This document shows, in pieces, positions 1 to 21,124 of a stretch of DNA of 64,000 nt; within the stretch, counting starts at the first letter, position 1; the number at the start of each line of letters is the position of its first letter. The DNA is from Chrysomallon squamiferum. Taxonomy: Eukaryota > Animalia > Mollusca. The notes under the pieces were generated by a model. The model was not told the origin of the DNA and made no database searches. It saw only the letters and a list, made by a program, of their open reading frames with translations. The stretch lies in NCBI GenBank assembly GCA_012295275.1, contig CM022665.1, forward strand, positions 10,664,001 through 10,728,000, given 5' to 3'. The position numbers and the translations under genes are program-made.

Positions 1-428
1 TATACATTTGGAGGTAAATAAAGATACCTAACTACATTTTGCATACTTCCACGAAAGAGTTTTAGTTCATCAGTGACCAATCTTAGTTAATAATAAAGAG
101 CAACATTTCTACTTCAAACTGTTATTAAATTCTTCTGTGAGGAAAATAAATTAAGTAAGACATTCTCATTAATAATTCTAAGTCTGTAAAAAAAATATTT
201 TTTGGTTTATTTATATCTGGTACAAATTCTGCTACAACAAAAGGTACAAATTTCTTAAATTTAACGTTTAATGTCTGGTCTTTACTGTCACATTAAACAA
301 TAACAAGGAAGTATCCAAAATTTGGCTAGTCGTACTTTATCACAAAAGATACACTTTAAAATAAAATATATATATAATTGTGCTTAAATTGCACAAAATA
401 CATATTACCACTGTTTATAATGCACTTG

Positions 429-1895
429 TTAACAGAAAGAAAATTCAGACTCTACTCTTTCTTTCAACTCGTTGATCTGCTGAAGGAGACTCGATGTACT
501 GTTGTGCACCGTCTGACCATAGGCAGCCATGTCATCTGTTGTAGCGTAGTCTTGGTCATTCCAGTCACTATCTTCATTCGACTCACTAAGACTAGAGAAA
601 GAGCTGGCACGACTACTCATCTCAGTTCCAAATGAATATTCTGAGTAATTATCTTGAAGTACTGTCTTGTACTCTTGTATAGATTCATGCAAGGACCAGA
701 GTTGACATAGAAGAGAGATGTCATGCTGTCTCAGGTCAGCCTACAAAAATATTTATATTCTTATATTATTATGATTTATATAACATTACATTGCTTTATA
801 TAATTTTACAGGCTTCAAATTTTAATATTTTTTTTTAGGGCTTGAAAAGTGTTGCTTGGGCTTAATCAGAAATGTTAGGACACAAAGGCAACTTAATTTT
901 TATCAAGTTTTCATGAATGTCACTGAGCTTGCCACAGACTGTAGCTAAATTATGGTCAAAAACAAACCAAAACTGTTTATTTGAATCATTGGTACCTAAA
1001 AGAAACTTGACAGCTTTTCATATTTGTCAACGGCCAAGTAAAGTTCCTGCTTTTTATGCTTTTCTGGTGACATTTATAATTTACAAGTAAACACAATTAA
1101 TAAAGAGATACATATTTGTAAATGTCAAGAAATGTGCTTTTATTTGACATGGTCAGTGAATCACTAGATTTATGGGAAAGACATGCAGGCAAGAAAAGAA
1201 AAGTAGAGCAGCCACAGGACTTTACTGACATGGAGATCATGCAAATTTTGAGGCAGAAGGTACTTGCCATTAATTCCATGGTAAAATCTAAAGCTTGTAT
1301 TTATGATAAATGTATTGTCCTACATAATATTACATTTAATTATATTATACAACTTTTTATTATATTACATTTTAATTATAATAATTATAACATATCATAT
1401 TAATGGTATTATTTTACTAGATGTATCTACATCATGATTCTTTTTTCCTTACAAAATAAAAACTATTCACATTGAAAATCATTTACAAAGTTTTATTTGA
1501 TTTACAAACATCTAGGCCTAAATAAATATGTAATATATAATAGGATAAATGTAAAAATACAATAAAACTAATGAATGTATAAACTATAATAAAGTATTAT
1601 ATTTTGTATTTTAAGTAATAAATAACTTGAATATTGATGTATACATGTGTTGTGTATTTGTTTAGATCAGTATATAGTTAATCAAATAATACATATAAAT
1701 ATGAAATCAGTTAACCCTTATTATAAATTCTAATTTAAAGTTATCAGATATTCACTGTATATAAATAATTTTGAAAAAAAAATTGACCAGTATCCACAAA
1801 ATGAATCAGTTCTAGAAAATGTAAAAACTGCGGAAATACGTCAAAATATTATAATTACTGAACACTTTATTACACCTGGCAACGAGCCATGTAAA

Positions 1896-1943
<48 letters not shown>

Positions 1944-2307
1944 GTTCAACGGTCATTTAAAAATTATTAACCGACATAAAATTGATAAGAATTAATACCA
2001 TTTCCTTCTTAAGTTTGCTCAGTGTCGAATTAAGCTGACAAAATGAAGAACAAGATCCTTGACAGGTGTTGTTTGAATTGTTTTCTATTCTGTTTCTCAA
2101 CGTATCACTATCACTGTTTTGTGAGTTATTACTACATGTACCACTAGTACTAGGCTTGTCCATTTGTGCAAGTTCTTTTGCTGTTCCTTCTGCTTGCAGG
2201 ACATTCTGTGAATATAGTTTTCCTTTTTCACGCCACTGTGAAGTATCAGACCCCACAAAAGCACTAAAACACTCAGGTAATGGAGGTAGTCCAGGAATCA
2301 CAGACAT
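429..2307 (-). CDS. FAM89A: FAM89A / LURAP-domain protein, 2 exons (2307-1999, 740-429), 206 aa
   Basis: Exon 1 encodes GLPPLPECFS...WREKGKLYSQ...LNSTLSKLKKEM with a GT donor at 1998-1997. After the AG at 742-741, exon 2 encodes ADLRQHDISLLCQLWSLHESIQEYK. This closely matches the FAM89A motifs GLPPLPKSLS and [30 protein letters not shown]. Phase-0 junction, frame intact. Confidence 0.92.
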
Positions 2308-3976
2308 ATTGTCGTCTGGGGAACTGATTAATAAAGTGAGCGTTTAACAACTTCTAAAACTTTTCGCTCTGTTACCACCTGTCAAAGAGCGCCCTCGGGC
2401 AAAAATATATCAAATAACGGGAAGCAACTCTAACAATTTATTACATCTGGCAATGAGCCAACATTTTTTCTGGATTCTACGCACAAAATGATAATAACAG
2501 CTTTATTCTTTACGATGATTTTTTGTAGGATAAATAGGATGGCCAGATTTTGGTAATTAATTACCAGATTTAACCGTGTTAACCCGGATAATGAAGTGTT
2601 CATATAATTTTTATCGCCGCTACTTCTACTACTACTATTACTACAAATAATAATTACAACTCACGTTCATCTCTGTATTTACTTCTGGTTATTAACTGGA
2701 GTGTATTTTCTTTCAAAATGAAATAAAAAGAAGAAAGAAAGAAAGAAAATAATAATTGAAATAAAATACTGTAGCTGAAAACAACTGGTCAAATTATAAA
2801 TCACTTTTAAACAGCGCACAGTTAAAATAACTATATCCAATTTTGAAACGCTGGACAAAATAAATATTGTACAACGGTAAAACGCATATCTGAAAAAAAA
2901 AAAAAAAAAAAAAAAAAAGTTGATAAGTGAAGATCTCTGCCTTTTAGACGTAACCAACTCAGCACGTTTCTTCCCATTTGTCAAGAACAGAGAACTAAAC
3001 AGGACATATATTATGACGAAATAAAAATAGTACTGAATATTATTATTGCTTTGTGTTGTTATAGTGATTTACTGATGAGGTATAGGTAAGCGGCAGGCGA
3101 TTAGACATGCTCTCAACCATGACGTTTGTGATTATAAGCTGTCAGACAAATGGAATATATGACAAATGGAGTAGTCCTTTCAGTTAACACTGAGAGAAAA
3201 ACAGTCTCATTATAATGTATATCTTGTTCCCCATGTTCTGTGCATTACGTAAGTATAGCTATGTAGCAAAGTCGAAGGTCAGTTGCTTTCGAACATCAGT
3301 CGCTGTTAGAATTTTGTTCCAAGAAATAGAAATAAGAGATATAAAAACGCTCAGTCCATCGAGGTAACAAAATGAGTGACACATTACATAAGAGAAAGAA
3401 ATTGTCACGGGACTCCTTATCTCGCTTTCGATTAATGTGATGTGTCTCTTCTTTAAACACTAATAAACAGCTACTGAAACATGAACAACAGCCTTAGATT
3501 AGCTACACGAGACACGAAAATTGGTATCAAAACATATCATGCATTTTAATATACTTCTCATGGGTGGAACGAGTAATAACCCTAGCCATCTTCAGTTAAT
3601 TTTGACGTCAACAATATTTAATCATTTATTTTATATACATTAAAATAGTCATGTCATAAATATTACGACTGAAGAATATATGTCAAACTGTAATAATAAT
3701 AATAATAATAAATATAATTAATAAATAAATAATAAAATCTTACCCGTGCGCCCAGGGCTCTCACATACTAATCAATTAATCATCTTTATTTGAAGGAAAT
3801 AAAATACTTTCAGGCGACATATATGATCTATATAATGTATGTATCCTCAACATCTGTGTTTCCAACCTTTCTTTCCAGTTACAGTTTGTCATCATGATGA
3901 CAAATATACACTCTTGTGCCTAGAGACAACAAATCCACTAACACTCTTTCTCTTTCTCTCTCTCTCTCTCTCTCTC

Positions 3977-4009
<33 letters not shown>

Positions 4010-4619
4010 GCCTAGGTTACTTTCGTCTTACATTGCAATTAAGAATTTAATCTGTACAAGTTTAACATTTTGCATAATCTTCACCTTCTTTCTCTCACTC
4101 ATACACCAAAACGAGCGCGTGCAGACAGATAAACATATAGCTAGGTAATTTTTCCCAGTAATGCAATTAAGAAATTTGATTGTACCCATTTTGCACGATA
4201 TCTTTGGGACAACTTTATTAGACTGGCACTACATAATTTTGTCAAAAATAGCGTTTTACATCCAGAAGCCATGACAGAAAATAAATCATTTTACTCTGGC
4301 TGTGTCATTAAAGAAAACAAAAATTAACAATGACAGTTATGTCTACGGCTGCTAATACTATTACAACTATAGCTGCTGAAACATCAATTACTTATTACTT
4401 CCCTGATCGCCATCACTAGAAAACTTTATTAGGTTTAAGCCTTCAGGCATACGACAATTTGACTTAAATTTACTCGGTTCACTGTTTAGGTTTTGGAAGA
4501 ACAATTAAAAATGTTGTAATACACTTTTGTAAATACGTTGTTTCAGTTTATCTGAAGATCATTGTAAAATAATATTGAACTATTTTTTAGATCTTTTATT
4601 CATTTATTTATTTATTTAT

Positions 4620-4658
<39 letters not shown>

Positions 4659-4886
4659 GTGGTAGTGGGGAGTTGTTTAAAATAATAATAATAATAATAA
4701 AAAATTCGTTTCAAACAACAACAACAAAATAATAATAATAAAAATAAATACATATAAATAAAAATTAATCTAATTTATCTATGACTGGTATGGGGGTTTT
4801 AATTTTTAATTTTTAAAATTATTTTTATTAATTTTTCAAATTTTGTATTTATTTTATTTTATTTAATTAACTTATTTATTTATTTA

Positions 4887-4942
<56 letters not shown>

Positions 4943-5167
4943 TGTGACTGAAATTCATTCCATTCTCAAAAAAACATCCTTTGACTGTACACTTGTCTGA
5001 AAATCTCGATGTGTAAATATATGTAACTGATAAATGTTTCACTTTTTACAAAGATGTTAAAGACTAGTAATACAACAAAACAAAATCATTTATTAATAAC
5101 GTGTGTGTTGTTCTTAAAAGAGCTTCATGAGTTCAGCCCTATGTGTAATAAATTTTATGTAAAAAAA

Positions 5168-5224
<57 letters not shown>

Positions 5225-5276
5225 TTTTTTTTTTTTTTTTTTTTTTTAATGTCATTATACGGTTACAGTTGTAAGA

Positions 5277-5651
5277 CTAAATTCATATTTTATTTTATTA
5301 AATACACATCTTAACGGAGAACTGGGTGAACTCGAATATCCTGTTTTCGCTTTTCCGTTTTCCTATTAAATATTTTACTGCCGACAATGTAACTAAGAAG
5401 GACAACTCCCATTGTCGCTACATTCCTCCAGAAAAAGAGGCTAGAACCAAGAGCAAGCGTTGATTTGAAACTGAAGGCCGAGTAAGGATATTAGCTTTCA
5501 GTTCTCCAGTTTGTAGACAGATGCAGGAACAAGTAACTGTGCCGTGTCTCGCTGCTTGCTCCTATAATAAATAAAATTCCGTAGATAAAGAATTTACATG
5601 CTTAATACTTTACAGAAACGCTGATAGGCCAAACTAATTAGCAGGTGGTGA

Positions 5652-5727
<76 letters not shown>

Positions 5728-5879
5728 AATGTAAGCTTTTCACAGCAATGCTACAAGTAAATATGCACATCAAAGAATATTAATGGCGTCACTTAATGTT
5801 TATTGCGACTAAGTAGATACGGATGCTGGATATGACACTTCTCATTTTTGCATTGCTAGTAGTGAGTAGGCGTATCTTG

Positions 5880-5947
<68 letters not shown>

Positions 5948-6033
5948 ATATTACTACGTATATACAGCGAATGTTCGATCTGAAACAAAACAAAAACAAA
6001 AAAGTAATGATATATGTGTGTGTGTGAATGTGT

Positions 6034-6065
<32 letters not shown>

Positions 6066-6350
6066 TAGAAAAGAAAAGAAAAAAAAACAACTAAATAATA
6101 AATAACAGTTTTTACTTTTTGGATAAAGTATTTCTCTAAAGTTGCACGACAAGAATTACAAAATTACAGTTTTGGATGTCATTTAGTAAATAGTTTTCTA
6201 TAAATATATTTAGATAAAAGAAAATCAAGCCTGATCTATTTATTTGTATATTTGTTTAAACAACTTAACCACCAATCTACAGTTTTCACCTGTAATCAAA
6301 TATTAGATAATTAATACTGTAACAATGCAGGTATTTGGTGATATTATCAT
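5277..6350 (-). pseudogene. Inverted duplicate of the 3' end (last 3 exons plus introns) of the gene at 24628-31799
   Basis: Reverse complement matches ~30858-31832. Exon copies are 6289-6269 (donor GT mutated to TT), 5979-5966 and 5561-5311. The last is 251 nt versus 252 in the source; the 1-nt deletion gives a TAG at 5420-5418. Confidence 0.88.
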
Positions 6351-6393
6351 ATATTTATATTTAATATTATTATTATTGTTGTTTTATCCTTAC

Positions 6394-6512
6394 AGTGATA
6401 AGCTTAACAACAAGACATGACAGGAGGGATGTCTTCCCCCACCCTGTCTGACCTTCCACCACACAGATAAAATTATCATCGTCAGACAACTCCCAAGTCT
6501 GACCTTTGTCCC
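6394..6512 (-). pseudogene. Orphan exon encoding a Walker A / P-loop (STAND/NACHT-like NTPase fragment)
   Basis: ttttgttcag acceptor and gtaagg donor. Encodes DKGQTWELSDDDNFICVVEGQTGWGKTSLLSCLVVKLIT (hhhhxGxxGxGKT). No other exons of such a gene were found in the window. Confidence 0.5.
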
Positions 6513-7029
6513 CTGAACAAAAAACCAAAAGCAAATGATTAATGATGTAGAAATAATAACAAGCAAACAAAAACAAAGAAGAAGGTAAATATGCCACAGT
6601 AAGTAAACAAATTAATAATGAGCTTGCTGTAATTTCTCTGTATGACATATACATCAAGAAATTAAAATGGTAGCATCCATTGCTTGATATATTATTATTA
6701 TTATTTTACTTTATTATCAGCAAAGGTTGGTCACTACTAACTTCAATTTTTCTCAAGGGAATTCTCTAACCCTCATTAAAATAAATTTCTTCTGTAAATT
6801 AACCTGCTTAAATAATTATTGGTTTATATTTTATTCTGAAGTGCTGTGATCATGATAAAAATTAAAATAAAAAACCTTAAAAAAAATCTCAAATTATTAT
6901 GAGCAAACACAGACACTTACCACTGTCTTGACATCACAAATGGGTTTATCATAAATTCTGAGTTGAGGATAGATAGGATTTACTGGCTTCAGTATTATCC
7001 CATGTCAGATGCTTGTTTCTAAGTTCCTT

Positions 7030-7177
7030 GTGTGTACCATTGAGTTAACTGTCCCGCATATCACACAAACTGTTTGCGCCAGTTGTTAAAGTTGCTCTCT
7101 GGTGGCAAGTAAGAAACCATTTTTCTAAAGTGCCGCCTTTTTTCTGTGACTCCAATTAATCCATAGGGTTTGTTTGT

Positions 7178-7209
<32 letters not shown>

Positions 7210-7480
7210 CATCAAAAGTAATAAATTGTTTCAGAGACGTATCTGTCCAAAACTGACTAAACAGATGGTCTGTAGGATTTATAAAGTGATTCCCATTCGT
7301 GAACTTTTCACGAACTTGAGTATTGTGTGAGGAAGTTCATTTCTGTGAGAAACAATGGCATAATTTTGTCTGCCCTTGAAACAGACGTACAGCACCTTGT
7401 CAGCTGTGGTCGACAAATGCATAAACCAGTCTCCTGTTCTTAAAGTCGTAAAGAATTCTAGCATGAGCGTAGCCAGTTTT
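7030..7480 (-). mobile_element. Degenerate DNA-transposon transposase relic, Academ-like
   Basis: Frameshifted translation LEFFTTLRTGDWFMHL..GRQNYA / NGNHFI..HLFSQFWTDTSLKQFI / GLIGVTEKKAALEKWFLTCHQRATLT resembles the motifs REGNWxLHL..HxNYARY, FSxVxTDMALEQ and GGIIG..ALExWFLTxHxRA that I associate with Academ transposases. Interrupted by a poly-T run at ~7178-7209. Confidence 0.6.
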
Positions 7481-8289
7481 AAAATTAAGGAGAGCGAGAA
7501 GAACCACCCTTCCCCCACCAAACCACCCCCCAAAAAACATCAAGAAATAATGTACCGAATATTTCAAAAATCCTTTATACATTCTTATTTTGTATTTAAA
7601 ATGAAAACACAGATCTTAACGTAAAATGAAAACAAAAGAAATCAAGGTGTAAAATGTATGATGCAAATACAACACCCTTTTCGTCTACGCTTCATTTCAG
7701 CAATATATTTCACTAAATCATAATCCTCATCGGTAGATGATTCCCTTTCATTAGAGAGCAAAGATAACCCAGTCTATACTTGCCCATAACTGAGAATAAA
7801 TAGATCAATAAATAAATAAATAATATAAAATAACAAGGTTCGACTTTTATTGCATAAATGAACTACATCTTAAAAATTGTTGAAAAGGCGTCAGTTTTTA
7901 AGAATGTGTTCGTAGGTAGTGGTCGCTTCCTAAATCCTCCCGAGCTACGCCACTGAACGATCAGTACCATCTCATTATTCATGTTCCAGAAAGATAATAA
8001 ATTGTTTGATCACAGTTAATATCAAAACTTTGAAGATGGCTTTCAGGTCATTGTTATTTCTGCACTTCTTGTTTTTTTTTTTTTTTTTTTTGTTGTTCTT
8101 CTTCTTTGTTGTACATTTAAGTTGTGTTTTGTCTTCAATTTTTTTTTTTTTTTTTTTTAATTTTTAAATTTATTTATTGTTTTATCCTGTTTCTGAGTTT
8201 ATTCAAATTAGAATGGTTTATCATTTATAGAAACTTTTTCATTACAATTTACAATCAACAAATCATAGGATTAGGCACTGAAGTTAAAT

Positions 8290-8833
8290 CCAGTATTGAC
8301 GTACACCAAACAGATTGCCACAATTAGAATCCAAAGGTGGCCATCTTGAAAATAGCTTCTCTATCCATGCTATCAACAGTATAAACACTATCAGTCCTGG
8401 GAAACTGCTAAAATTAATTTAATCACATATGCAAATCTAAAATAGGTTAAATACATCCTTGTTTCATGAACTAATTATTTGTTTGAAATGAAAAATTCGT
8501 ATATTTTATCCCCGCTTCAGATTACTCTTGCTTCTTATTGATATGTTTTTTTGGACATATTACCGGTCCTAAAATATTCTTAAGATGATACCCTAACAAA
8601 ATGTACCATAAAACCTTCTGAATACTTTTGCAACGATGAAGAAACTTAATTGAAAGGGTAAAATTGTGTCCAATATTAAGTTTGACAGTGGCCCTTTTGA
8701 AAAAATGGCTGCATTAGATAAGCAGTTTCAATTTTTTACAGGTAAGATGACTAATGCTATTCCTGGAAGACCACTGAACAAAATTATGTCACTCATAGAA
8801 GAATTTGATTATTCATGGTCTCTTGCTCCACTA
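8290..8833 (-). mobile_element. Probable terminal region of the Academ-like element
   Basis: The minus strand starts TAGTGGAGCAAG at 8833 (Academ ends begin TAG). Subterminal motifs GGTGGCCATCTTGAAAAT (~8336) and GGCCCTTTTGAAAAAATGGCTGC (~8690). Same orientation as the transposase relic. Confidence 0.4.
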
Positions 8834-9874
8834 ATAATTGTGTGAATATTGTAAAATATATATTTTTATGTACACCCCCTTCCTTTCAAATCACTCTAGC
8901 AAATAAATGATATCACAGTCTGAGAGTACTACCGATCCTAAAACGTTCCTTGGATGATGCCCAAACTAAATCTTCCATCAGATCCTCTGAATATTATGAA
9001 ACCAATCTTCTAGGCCTCTTTTGAAAATCAGCTCCCAGATTAAATATATTGTAAGACGATTATCTAGTTATTGGTCCGTGTGAGAAGCGCCTTCTTTCGG
9101 TGGAGCGGCTCAGTTTTGTTCTGACAGCTAAGCTGAAATTTATTAAACAGAAGTTTTTATTAAAAAGAATGTTATACCCGCTTCCGTGAAACGACTAAAA
9201 TAATTTTGTCACTAATTGACCGGTAGAATATTCCATGCTGGTTCCATTTGGTCTTTCCTTATATTATTTTTAGATTGCCAAAGGAATTGTGGGCACTAAA
9301 TGGGATAACAATATTTGAAAAACTATTTCCGCCAGAAAGTAAGTATAATTTTCCATGTAGCGAAAACATAATTAAATAGTAAACCTGCTTTCTCAGACAC
9401 TGCAAACTGATTTCTAATGACAATAATGCGATATTCTTTAGTTTTAGTTTAAAACTATAATGAAAATATTTAAAAGAACTATCACCGACTTTGTCAAAAA
9501 TTGTCATTGTCAACCGATCGTGAATTCACCAAACCTCTTGAGACCCCCCTGTCTTTTTCTTTGTGTCTCGCTTTGTGTGTGTGTGTGTGAACGTTAAAGA
9601 GCACAGTAGTAGTAGTAGTAATAATAATAATAATAATAACAGTAATAATAATAATAATAATTTTATGGTTATTACTGATTTTTCGCATTCTGACATGTTA
9701 AATTATTCATGGAATATGGTTGCTTGAATATAATTATAATTAATGAAATCTGGATTCAGTTTGTTTCGTTATTGATTTTATGTTATTATTTTATTTTATT
9801 TATTTTTACAATTAAAGAATTATTTTTCTTTGTAGATAATAATAATAAAAATAATAATAATAATAATAAAAATA

Positions 9875-9907
<33 letters not shown>

Positions 9908-10181
9908 TAATTAATTAATTAATTACTAATAAAATAAAATAAAATAAATAAAAGTGGCTAGTGCTGATTCTCTATGAGAAGGTTCATATAAACGATCCCC
10001 TTCTGCTAAATGTAAAATTATTACATCTCTTCCTATCAATATGGTTCTTAATTATCGCACTGTAGATATAACACGTCTTTAGCGAGTCGCCAAATAAATA
10101 TTTATTCTTCTTCCAGTTTCTAATAAAATATTGGCAGTGCGGTAAAAAAAAAAAAAAAAAAAAAAAAAATAATAATAATAA

Positions 10182-10213
<32 letters not shown>

Positions 10214-10371
10214 GCAACAGTGACATCATTATTATGGATATGATTTTCAAGATAAAATAAATTTCATTACGAAGGAAAGGCACATGTCTGCTAAAAATAA
10301 CGACAAAGATTGTTTTATTTTATCAAATATCTACTTTCATTACCTTTGTTTTTGTTGATGTTGTTTATTAT

Positions 10372-10458
<87 letters not shown>

Positions 10459-10773
10459 TTTTTTTCTCTTTCTCTATCTATCTATCTATCTATCTATCAT
10501 TTATTATTTATTCTTTATTTTATATTTACTTCAGATGTAAATGTTTGGTTATAAGAGCTTGTCCCACGTGATGAAGCTGGAAGGTAAAATACAAAGGTTG
10601 ATTGGTTAGCTGAAACATTTCGGCGACGTCATTTGGAAAGTTGACCTTTTTATAGACAGCTGATACCATTATTGCAACTCTAAAGTGAGTTATATTCACA
10701 TAATTTCATCACTCAAACAACTGGAATAAATGTGCGTTTAAACCTGTTTGAAAAATATAACTTTACTGACAAA

Positions 10774-18367
<7,594 letters not shown>

Positions 18368-18539
18368 AAACAAACAACAGCTTTGACTCAGTTATTCAGA
18401 AACTCAGTGAAGTTGTACATTTAGCTGCAGAGACTACTACTTAACGTTACTTTCCATCAGCTTAACAGCTGAAATAAAATTCCATGTATGTTTTTCAGAA
18501 TTCTGTGCAGTGTATTTCTTATCCAGAAAATAAAGTAAG

Positions 18540-18574
<35 letters not shown>

Positions 18575-18711
18575 CATAACAGTGTTGATGATGATGATGG
18601 TGATAATGATGATGATGATGATGATGTAAATGCTGGTATCCAGCTCTCAGGCATCTTATAGTTGTGATCATTTGTTTGTGTATTTTTGGATTCTGTTTTG
18701 TTCAGTATCAT

Positions 18712-18746
<35 letters not shown>

Positions 18747-19194
18747 TTTTTTTTATTTTTTATTATTATTTTATTTTTTTATTTTTTTTTTAATTTTTTA
18801 TTTCTTGATTCAAGACATTATATGGATTAATTGTTGATTATCCTGTTAGTATCCTTAAAGTCTAAATATTCCTTTTATTTTTAATATATGCATATTATGG
18901 TATAATATTGTGTACAGGTTACATAGTAATGTTCTTGAATTTGTGAACACAGGAGCACATCTTTTGGAATCTTGTATAATGCACAATAAAAAAACATAAA
19001 AGTATCTTAATCAATCATGTAATTAAACATTTATTTGATGCTGTTAGGAACAACACTTTAACTTTCTTGAAATAAAACATTTATCAATTTACAAGGAATT
19101 TCAATGTATACTTAATAAAGTTTCTGTACACTTAGTCTTTTGTCTTTTGCTATTATTGTCTTGAAATATATGAATTTAGTCAAACATAAATTAA

Positions 19195-19266
<72 letters not shown>

Positions 19267-19418
19267 GCTGGCATCCATAATTAGTGTTGTTGCTTACTTG
19301 TTCTTCCATGTATATATGTCTATAATTTTATTATATAAAGTGTTACTCCTATTTAATTATCTATTACGCTAAAACGTAATATTTGTAAAAGATAACATTA
19401 AAATAAATAAATAAATAA

Positions 19419-19450
<32 letters not shown>

Positions 19451-20319
19451 AATAATAATAATAATAACAATAATAATAACAACAACAACAACAATAGACA
19501 ACAACAACAATAATAATAATTTCCTAGGAATTCCCTCCCTGGTTGAGCCATTAAAACTGTGAATTAGATTACATTAGTCTATTGAGTGACATATCAGCGT
19601 TAACAGGGATCACTATTGTTTGTTTATTTACAGCTATGACTCTACAATAATAGCAACCACACCTCCCAGATGTTGACAGGATTACACATATTTGACTTTA
19701 TTCTCGACCTTGTCAGTTCCAGTATAACAAATAGTGTTTTAATTACCGCCAGACTGATACTACTACGTTTTCGGTTAGATCTATTAACCAGTATTGACAA
19801 AATATTTTGTAATTTTTAATCTGTATCTCGTGGTGCGTGTCTTTTTACGATTTCTTACTGAAGATAAATTGTAACAGACTTTGACCTGACGCCTCTCCCA
19901 GTAAACTGATACGATTATCAAATGTCACTTTAACCACTGGTAATCCGATGCCGAAACTGTCGTAGACTGCGGATTGTTGAACACCTAATCTGATTCCAAA
20001 CAAAAGCAGTAACATATGATACGTATGTCTAGTTTTCTACGCTGTGCTGATATGTTGTTTTTGTGTGTGTGGTTTTGTTGTTGTTTTGTACTCCTTTTTA
20101 AAAAAAAATGTATAGTTTGTTTCGTTGTTTCATGTTATTGTTATTATTGTTGTTGCTGTTGTTGTTGTTGTTGTTGTTATTATTATTATTATTATTATTG
20201 TTGTTGTTGTTGTTGTTGTTATTGCTTTTCTAACAATCGATGTTTAGCCCAGCCAATAAATATATCAAAATACGCCAGATACAGTCATAAACAATTGTAT
20301 TTATTTAAAATAATAATAA

Positions 20320-20358
<39 letters not shown>

Positions 20359-21124
20359 ACAGAAAAAAATATATACATGAAACCTGCATAAAATTTAGAA
20401 CACTTACCTATTATTGTTAGAGAAAGTTATAAACTGTAGTGAGTTAAGTTTCAAATGTTCGAATCTACTCATAAAAATATGATTTAGAAAATAAAATTTA
20501 CTTTGAAATGACGGAAGAAATTCCACCATCATTTCCCAGCAATCATAATCATAACGGCACAAACAACAACAACCTCATCCCCGAAAAAACACTCGAAAAA
20601 CCCTCACACAAAACAAAGAAAAAACAAAGAAAATGATTGAGAGTGAGAAGGTACATTTCAAACGAACAAAAAAAAAAAGTGAATGATGAATAGGTAATAA
20701 ATACGTAAATTTAAGCAAAAAACGAAAATTGCTGAACAGGACTTGAAAATTTCCACCGCTGGTTTTCACAGACCGTTTCAGTGGTTTTCACGTTTATTTT
20801 TATACTTAGGTCATAGTTTTTATGGTTTAAAAATGGAAAGCAGGAATCAGTTTTTCTTCTACGTTTACCATGAATTACTGATAGACAGGAAATCAAGTAT
20901 CTGTTCCATCAATAAAATAGTTATCGATACAATATGCAGTTTTGTTCATTAAAAAACTAAACTACCAGAAGAACGTATACAAGTCAGTCTACTGTTCAAA
21001 TAACGAGCCTTACTAGGATTGTATTATATATGTAGATTAACTTATCAAGTATACACACAATACTCTGACGATTTAGCGCTGTCGTTCTGTATTACTGAAC
21101 TTTTCAACGGAGCAGTCCCCGACA

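Noticed and set aside
19620-19995. Higher-complexity segment with short open frames on the minus strand
   Set aside because: I could not build a consistent exon chain or recognise a motif.
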